IMG/VR virus record: IMGVR_UViG_3300011472_000011
Location: 1 to 64,000 of that record
Reading direction: 5' to 3' (one strand)
From: an uncultured virus (IMG/VR IMGVR_UViG_3300011472_000011)
Lineage: Duplodnaviria; Heunggongvirae; Uroviricota; Caudoviricetes
Length of the DNA: 64,000 nt
Shown: positions 57,771 through 64,000 of the stretch, in pieces
Layout: every line of letters begins with the position of its first letter
Numbering within the stretch: position 1 is the first letter of the stretch
The notes under the pieces: generated by a model
The model's database searches: none
What the model was told of the DNA's origin: nothing
The model's input: only the letters and a program-made list of their open reading frames with translations
Translations under genes and position numbers: made by a program

Positions 57771-58511
57771 ATGAAACAAATATTATATGGTGTTGGTAAA
57801 TCTCTTTTAAAGAAATATACTGATCCAACTAAAATAATTGCAATGTCAGAATTGAAAGATTTAACAGTACAATTTTCTGGCGATGAAGAAGAAGTTACAG
57901 GTGGAGATGGTTTATATCCTTTAGCTTATTTTCCAAAAGCAAAGTCAATAACAATTAGTGCTACGAATGCTACTTTTGATATAGGTATGCTTGAAATGTC
58001 TCAAAATACTGTTTCTTCTACTGGTGCTGTTGAAATGACAGAAATTTTTAATTATGAAATACCTTCCGGCGGAGTTGTAGAGCTTGAACATGAGCCTAAT
58101 GTCAATAGTATTGTAGTTAATGGCTATACTGCGTACACAGGAAGTAACCCTATCCCAGCAGGACAGTACAAAGCTGATATTGACTCTATAACATTCTCAA
58201 CGGAAGATATAGGCAAAGAAATTACAGGATATTATGAAAGACAAACTTCTTCAAAAGCTACAAGTGTAGCAGGATTAAAGGATGGTATGAGTCAGACCGC
58301 TATATTTATCCACAGAATCCCTATATATGATGATAATACAACAATTGTTGGACAAGGACAATTGACAATATTCAAGTGTAAATCAGATGGTAATTTTGAA
58401 TTTAACTTTGCTGAGAAAACTGCTTACGCTCCTAAATTTTCACTAAAGGCTTTAGACCCTAAAAGAGCTGATAAGAAACTTTGGGATTTTGTAATTGATC
58501 CGGTTGCTTAA
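57771..58511 (+). CDS. major tail tube protein
   Basis: Position, size, beta-rich; strong RBS and downstream terminator. Confidence 0.65.
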   Translation: MKQILYGVGKSLLKKYTDPTKIIAMSELKDLTVQFSGDEEEVTGGDGLYPLAYFPKAKSITISATNATFDIGMLEMSQNTVSSTGAVEMTEIFNYEIPSGGVVELEHEPNVNSIVVNGYTAYTGSNPIPAGQYKADIDSITFSTEDIGKEITGYYERQTSSKATSVAGLKDGMSQTAIFIHRIPIYDDNTTIVGQGQLTIFKCKSDGNFEFNFAEKTAYAPKFSLKALDPKRADKKLWDFVIDPVA

Positions 58512-58516
58512 AACAT

Positions 58517-58537
58517 GGGGGTAATATTCCCCCTTTT
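58517..58537 (+). terminator. intrinsic terminator after the tail tube gene
   Basis: GGGGG-TAATATT-CCCCC-TTTT. Confidence 0.6.
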
Positions 58538-58566
58538 AATACTTTTAAAACAAAAGGAGTGGTAAA

Positions 58567-58944
58567 ATGAAAGATACGGATAAGATTGATAAAGATTTTA
58601 ATGAACTAGATATAGCTTTGGGAAATCCCAAAGTGGTCGATTCTTTCGCGGATGGCAAAAACAGAAGTTTAAATTTTGTACCAATGAGTAAATTTTCAGA
58701 ATTCATGAAATGTGTTAATTCCATAGATTATAAAAATTTATGGATTAATTATATGAATGAGGATATGCAAGAAAGTTTAATTAAAGTCTTAAAAATGTCT
58801 TTTATAGAAAATGAATTAGATGAAATACTGGAACAAATTAATGCTGAAAATTATCCTGAAATAATTACTAAAATATTAAAAATTAATGGAATTGAATTAA
58901 AAACTAATGAAGGAATTGGTGAAAGTCAAGCAAAAAAGGAATAG
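58567..58944 (+). CDS. tail assembly chaperone (gpG-like)
   Basis: Between tube and tape measure; ends in slippery A AAA AAG. Confidence 0.75.
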   Translation: MKDTDKIDKDFNELDIALGNPKVVDSFADGKNRSLNFVPMSKFSEFMKCVNSIDYKNLWINYMNEDMQESLIKVLKMSFIENELDEILEQINAENYPEIITKILKINGIELKTNEGIGESQAKKE

Positions 58945-59201
58945 GCTTTCGTCAGGGTATTAATTTAATATATGCATTTACATCTCTTACTCCTGACGAT
59001 GTTAAAAATATGGGAAATGTGCAATATCAAGATTTAATATCTTCGATTAGCAGAAAATTAAATTGGGATTTGCAAACTAATATAATTGCAGTAACTGGAA
59101 AGTTAGAAAATGAAGATAATCCTCTTTTCCCAATTGAACAAGAAGAAGATAAAGTTTTTAGATTAAAAGATGCTTTGGCTTTACAAGAACAATGTAAATA
59201 A
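58932..59201 (+). CDS. -1 frameshift extension of the tail chaperone (gpGT-like)
   Basis: -1 frame is open from the slippery site 58932-58938 to TAA at 59201 (includes ORF 59010..59201). Confidence 0.75.
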   Translation, partial: KKGIGFRQGINLIYAFTSLTPDDVKNMGNVQYQDLISSISRKLNWDLQTNIIAVTGKLENEDNPLFPIEQEEDKVFRLKDALALQEQCK

Positions 59202-59208
59202 GAAAATT

Positions 59209-59238
59209 AATAAGGTAGGTATCCCCTGCCTTATTTTT
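59209..59238 (+). terminator. terminator-like hairpin before the tape measure gene
   Basis: AATAAGGTAGG-TATCC-CCTGCCTTATT-TTT. Confidence 0.5.
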
Positions 59239-59255
59239 ATATAAGGAGGTTTTAT

Positions 59256-62200
59256 ATGGCTGATGATTTAAAATTATTTGGTTCTGTCGGTCTTGATATA
59301 TCTACTCTAAAGAAAGATATAGAAGCTTTAAAAAGTGAAATTAAAAAAGGCAATAAAAGTGTCAATGAACTAGGTAAGGTTTTCGATGATGTTAATGTTA
59401 AATTAAATAATACTTTTAAGAATGTTAACATAAGCGATATGGCTAAAATATTTTCTTCTATGGAAGCTTTGCAAACTAAACATAACACGAAACAATTAAA
59501 TAGCATTACAGTAAATAATGCCAAAATACTTCAAAACCAACAAAAAACTGATGCTAAAATTCTTTCAGATAAATTAAAAAATGAAGCAAGAATTTCTGAA
59601 ATAAATTCAAGAACCACAAGTAATGGACTTAAGCAAATAGGCATAGATGCACAAAATAGAACAAAAGCTATAAATTCTGAGACAGCAGCAATTAAACAAC
59701 AAATAGCTCAATACAAGCTTCTTGAAGCTCAAAAGAAATATACTTCAACAAGCAGCTATAACAGTTTTTCCAATAGATTCAACAGTTTAGCAGACTACTT
59801 ATTAGCCAGTACAGGTATGTATTCTGCTATTTCTGCGTTTAATAAAGTATTAGATGTAAATAAGGACTTTGAAGTTCAACAAATATCACTTCAAAGAGTT
59901 CTTGATGGTACTGTCGTACAAATGGAGAGACTTAAAGGTATTACTTTTGAAGTTGCTACTGAAACTGGTAATCTAGTAAATGATATTCAAACTATTGAAA
60001 ACTTATGGATAAGAACTGGTGTTGAAACTTCTGATGCTATTAAGGAATTAAGTAAAGTTACAGCTATGGGGTTAAATGTTGCTGAATTTGATAATGCAGA
60101 ACAGAGTGTCAGTTTTTTAAATGCAGCTATCAATCAGATGGTCAACGGCGATTGGAAACAAGCAGAAAACATTTTAAGTAGTTGGGCAAAAGTATCAGAT
60201 TACACTGCTGTTAAGACTACTAAAGATTTAGCTGAAGTTGTTGCACGTTCTGGTTCTTATGCTAAACAATTAGGAATGAGCTACCATGAGCTTAATGCAA
60301 TGTCTGCTATTGTATCTGAAAGAATGGCTAAATCAGGTGAAGAAATCGGTACAGCATTCAAAAGCATTTTTTCCAGAATACAGGATGAAAATTATTATAA
60401 AATAATTGAAAGCTATGGTGTTAAAGTTACCGAAGTTGGAAAATATGGATATGAAACTTTTAGAAGCTTCACCGATATTATGGATGACTTGAATGCTAAA
60501 TTTAAACAATTGTCAGAAGCAGATTATGATGTTGCTATAGCTGAAATTACTAAGGCTCTTGGTGGAACAAGGCAAGGTAATTATATTCAAAATTTGATTG
60601 CAGGTTGGGACACTTTCGATGAAAAAGTTAAAATTTCAACTGAGAGTGCTGGATATGTTGCTGAGCAAAACGAAAAAATAATGGAATCTTTTGATAAACA
60701 ATTGAAACAACTTCAAGCAAGTCTTACTGAATTAGCTGTAATTCTTGGTGATGCTGGAATAATGGACTTTTTAGAAGGATTAGTAAGTGGTGCAACATGG
60801 GCTGTTGATGCTTTCAATAGTATGGATGCACCTTTAAGAAATACCATTGCCTCAGTTTCAGAATTACTTATAGCTCTTGGCTTATTAGGAGCAATTAAAA
60901 ATAAAGTATTTGGAGATCATATAATAAACAAAATGTATGAATCTTTGAAGAGACTTTATTACGGAACTCTTGATATGACTATGGCACAAGAATTACTTAA
61001 TAAAGGACTAGCTGATGGCTCTCTTGAACAAAAAGATTACAATGATATTGTTGACGCTTTAAACGGTAAACGAAAATTAGAAACCCTAAATACCAATGCT
61101 CAAACTGTAGCTGAAAACATACAAACAGCGGCAACCACAAAATTAGTTACCGTAAAAACTCTCTTACATGGTGTTTTGAAATCATTAATCTTTATAATTC
61201 CGATGGTTATAGTTGCATATAATACATGGAAAAATTCACAAGAAGAGCTATATAGGCAGCAAGTTGAAAATCTTAAAAAACATAAAGAAGAGCTACAAAC
61301 AGCTGAAACCTTAATTCAAAGATATGAACATTTAACAAAAGCTTATAAAACTAATGCTGATGGAATCGCAGTTCTTGGCGAAAAAACAGAATACACCAAC
61401 GAGGAAAAAGCCGAGTTAAAAAATATTACTGAACAGTTAATAGAATTATTTCCTGAATCAGCTAATTTGATAGATACTGAGACAAATGCTTATGGTAGGC
61501 AATTAGAAGTTTTGAAAACATTAAATGCCGAAAAGAAAAAAGATATTTTAGATGATTCTAAATTGTTCTTAATTCAAAATAAAAGTTCTTATGATAAAGC
61601 TTTGAAAGAAAGAAACCAAAAACAAAATGCATATGATTTAAGAAGAGCACAACTAGATAGATATATTGTTGATGGTAATATTAATCCTAATTGGTCTGCA
61701 AATGAAGCAAAAAATTTATCAAAATTAAAAAAAGAAATAGAAGGACTTAATGATGTTATTGAAGAATATAATAACAACATTAAAATTGTTGGTAATATTG
61801 AACGTGAATTAAATCCAACTGATCTTTCAGAAGCAGAACAAGAAAAACGGTTACTTCGTCAGAAGAAAGGCAATGCTATTATTCCTACAGACGATGACGA
61901 GGACATGGATTATTCAGGGTTAGAACCTTTAGAAGATAGTAAGAAAAAGAAATATAAGCCTTTTGAAATTGACTATAGAGATTTTAATAATTCAATTAAG
62001 GCTTTAGAATATGAGCTTAATTTACTTGACCGTAAAGAAAAGTTTTTAGAGGCAACTGGTTATAAGAATCAGGAAGATGTCGATGTACAAAATCTAATCA
62101 AAAAGTACAAGGAGCTAAAAAGTGTTCGTGAAGCTTTGCCTTCGAAATATTCTGGAAATGTTGATTTAACACATAGAAATATTGTTTTCGATGACGAAGG

Positions 62201-64000
62201 TTATTATAACACTTTATTAGGTGAAACTTACGAGTATAAAGATTTTGGCATAAATAAGGCTGGTGCTTTTAATGTCACTCCAATATTACCAGATGGAACA
62301 TTAATAGAAAATCTTGAAGATTATATATGGAATCAACTAGATAACGGAAAAGCTCTTGAAGATTTAGATATTTTTATGGGCGGAGATTATTCTTCTATTA
62401 ATGAAGCTGTTAAAGCGGCTATAAAACTCCATGATGAACAGGCAGAGATTTATAATGAGGAAGCGAATTTATTAAGCCTAATAAATGATTTAGCCGATAA
62501 AAATAATATGTCTGTTCAGGAATATATAGATAATATTACAAACTTAGATAAAATAACAAGAATATATAATCTGTATATGGAGCAAATTCAAGCTCATAAC
62601 AATAAAATTAATGAACTGAATAAACAACATGGTGAGTATAAGAGTCTTCTTGTAGATGTTGAAAGACGACTCAATTCCCTATCCCCTACTTCTGAAAATT
62701 ATGAAGCAGATTTAGAAGCATTAACAAAAGCTCATGATGAATTGTCAGATAAAATTAGACAAACCGTTCTTGATATAAAAGATGAGCAACTAGCCATAGA
62801 AGATATAAATAATTCTATAACACAGATGATTATTGATAATTTGTCTAGTGGCTTAAATACTCAGAAAGATATTGCATCAAAGAAATTACAATTACAGCAA
62901 GAAAAAGAAATAGCTAAGCTTCAAAAGCAGAATTATAGTGGTAAGTCTCAAGATGAATATAATTCATACATGGACAATAAAATAAATAAGCTTGAAAAGG
63001 AATTAAAAATACTTAATGAGCAAGCTGAAGCTCAAGAAAAATTAAATAGACTTAAAAAGATACAGGAAGAAATTGATGCTGTTAAGGCTGATACACGATT
63101 TGCCTACATTGATGAAACTACTGGCAGAGAAATTTATACTTACGATAGAGGCAAGGTAAAAGAGCTTGAAAAACAGTATCAAGATGAACTCCAGAAGCAA
63201 CGTGAAGATGATAATAAGCAAAAAATACAAGACGAAATTGATTCTTTAAAAGAACAGCAAAAAGTTGCCAATGATGCTTACAATAAAGCTTTGAAGGATT
63301 TAGAAAAATCTCATAAGAATCAGATTGAAGCTTTGAATGAATATTGGGAACGGAAATTAAGATCTGAAAACATTAAGCAACAAGCATTAAGTCTGATACA
63401 AAGCATTGGTTATAAAAATGCTCTTGGTGCTACTAATCAGTTTAATCTTAATATGTCATCATTATATGATGAACAAGCCTTTCAATCTTATATAGATGGT
63501 AAAAAGATTACTGATAGCTTGTTTGACGGCTTATTTAGCGATTTGGATTCTTATATTGCTGAATATATGTCAAAAATTAATTCTCTGAATGGCTCTAGTA
63601 GTAAAAGTTCGGGTTCATCTAGTAGTGGTAGTTCTGGCTCTAATAGTTCAAATAGCTCCAATCAAAATAATGCTACTGCTACTATACCTGGAGTGGGTAC
63701 TGTTCCTGTTCATATTGACAACAATGGAAAAACTACTACAAGTGGATTGCCAGCAGGAACTGTTGTACATACTGGCGGTGGAGACTATGAAATTACTGGT
63801 GGAACTGGTGGTAATTATACAGCTAAGAAAAAATATGCTCTTGGTGGAGTTAATGATTTTACTGGGTTAGCACAACTTGATGGTACTCCTGCTACTGTTG
63901 AGACTATATTTAATGCAACTGATGGCAAGAAATTGTATGATTTAGTTCATGACACAAGTAATCTATCACAATTGGTTGCTAACAATATATCTAAAAATGT
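59256..64000 (+). CDS. tail tape measure protein (TP901-like), incomplete at window end
   Basis: AAGGAGG RBS, MADDLKLFGSVGLD..., TMP core (SGEEIGTAFKSIFSRI); more than 1580 codons; missing from the ORF track, presumably because it has no stop in the window. Confidence 0.85.
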   Translation, partial: MADDLKLFGSVGLDISTLKKDIEALKSEIKKGNKSVNELGKVFDDVNVKLNNTFKNVNISDMAKIFSSMEALQTKHNTKQLNSITVNNAKILQNQQKTDAKILSDKLKNEARISEINSRTTSNGLKQIGIDAQNRTKAINSETAAIKQQIAQYKLLEAQKKYTSTSSYNSFSNRFNSLADYLLASTGMYSAISAFNKVLDVNKDFEVQQISLQRVLDGTVVQMERLKGITFEVATETGNLVNDIQTIENLWIRTGVETSDAIKELSKVTAMGLNVAEFDNAEQSVSFLNAAINQMVNGDWKQAENILSSWAKVSDYTAVKTTKDLAEVVARSGSYAKQLGMSYHELNAMSAIVSERMAKSGEEIGTAFKSIFSRIQDENYYKIIESYGVKVTEVGKYGYETFRSFTDIMDDLNAKFKQLSEADYDVAIAEITKALGGTRQGNYIQNLIAGWDTFDEKVKISTESAGYVAEQNEKIMESFDKQLKQLQASLTELAVILGDAGIMDFLEGLVSGATWAVDAFNSMDAPLRNTIASVSELLIALGLLGAIKNKVFGDHIINKMYESLKRLYYGTLDMTMAQELLNKGLADGSLEQKDYNDIVDALNGKRKLETLNTNAQTVAENIQTAATTKLVTVKTLLHGVLKSLIFIIPMVIVAYNTWKNSQEELYRQQVENLKKHKEELQTAETLIQRYEHLTKAYKTNADGIAVLGEKTEYTNEEKAELKNITEQLIELFPESANLIDTETNAYGRQLEVLKTLNAEKKKDILDDSKLFLIQNKSSYDKALKERNQKQNAYDLRRAQLDRYIVDGNINPNWSANEAKNLSKLKKEIEGLNDVIEEYNNNIKIVGNIERELNPTDLSEAEQEKRLLRQKKGNAIIPTDDDEDMDYSGLEPLEDSKKKKYKPFEIDYRDFNNSIKALEYELNLLDRKEKFLEATGYKNQEDVDVQNLIKKYKELKSVREALPSKYSGNVDLTHRNIVFDDEGYYNTLLGETYEYKDFGINKAGAFNVTPILPDGTLIENLEDYIWNQLDNGKALEDLDIFMGGDYSSINEAVKAAIKLHDEQAEIYNEEANLLSLINDLADKNNMSVQEYIDNITNLDKITRIYNLYMEQIQAHNNKINELNKQHGEYKSLLVDVERRLNSLSPTSENYEADLEALTKAHDELSDKIRQTVLDIKDEQLAIEDINNSITQMIIDNLSSGLNTQKDIASKKLQLQQEKEIAKLQKQNYSGKSQDEYNSYMDNKINKLEKELKILNEQAEAQEKLNRLKKIQEEIDAVKADTRFAYIDETTGREIYTYDRGKVKELEKQYQDELQKQREDDNKQKIQDEIDSLKEQQKVANDAYNKALKDLEKSHKNQIEALNEYWERKLRSENIKQQALSLIQSIGYKNALGATNQFNLNMSSLYDEQAFQSYIDGKKITDSLFDGLFSDLDSYIAEYMSKINSLNGSSSKSSGSSSSGSSGSNSSNSSNQNNATATIPGVGTVPVHIDNNGKTTTSGLPAGTVVHTGGGDYEITGGTGGNYTAKKKYALGGVNDFTGLAQLDGTPATVETIFNATDGKKLYDLVHDTSNLSQLVANNISKN

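Noticed and set aside
1949..63870. Many short ORFs antisense or out of frame within long genes (e.g. 1949..2167, 27220..27633, 27784..28227, 52700..52996, 59252..59524, 63589..63870)
   Set aside because: Shadow ORFs with no RBS and compositions mirroring the real gene
1..64000. Stop-codon reassignment
   Set aside because: Genes are full length in code 11, all three stops are used, and there is no suppressor tRNA
1..64000. Impression that CCGG is over-represented and GGCC rare
   Set aside because: Not counted; needs a Markov-model k-mer analysis before any claim

Overview
This 64-kb window is a very AT-rich segment of a large temperate tailed phage or prophage of a Firmicute host (probably Clostridia-like), organised like SPbeta-type siphoviruses. 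The minus-strand arm (about 131-41930) carries early accessory genes, a lysogeny-control block and a self-sufficient replication and nucleotide module. The control block holds an active tyrosine recombinase, a ParB-like protein and a catalytically degenerate tyrosine recombinase. The replication module holds SSB, AAA ATPase, DnaB, primase, three MTases, class II RNR, DnaE, PcrA/UvrD and RecU. A largely non-coding switch region (about 41930-45800) contains a three-gene moron. The plus-strand arm (45809-64000) holds two tRNAs and the morphogenesis genes: terminase, portal, protease/scaffold, capsid, neck, tail tube, frameshifting tail chaperone and a tape measure gene that runs off the window and is absent from the ORF track. 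The most interesting signals are regulatory. (1) A 14-bp element (sense-strand ACAAKCTTRYWTAA) is seen about 17 times at gene junctions and promoters; its candidate cognate repressor is the dead tyrosine recombinase, analogous to SPbeta MrpR. (2) A LexA-box promoter followed by an antisense-RNA/RBS-sequestration switch lies directly upstream of the replication operon. (3) A structured early leader of about 460 nt carries a boxA-like motif. (4) An sRNA-like hairpin after the tRNAs displays an anti-Shine-Dalgarno sequence in a U-rich loop. (5) A hairpin-dense RNA follows the capsid gene. All calls come from reading motifs by eye; no database search or folding program was run.
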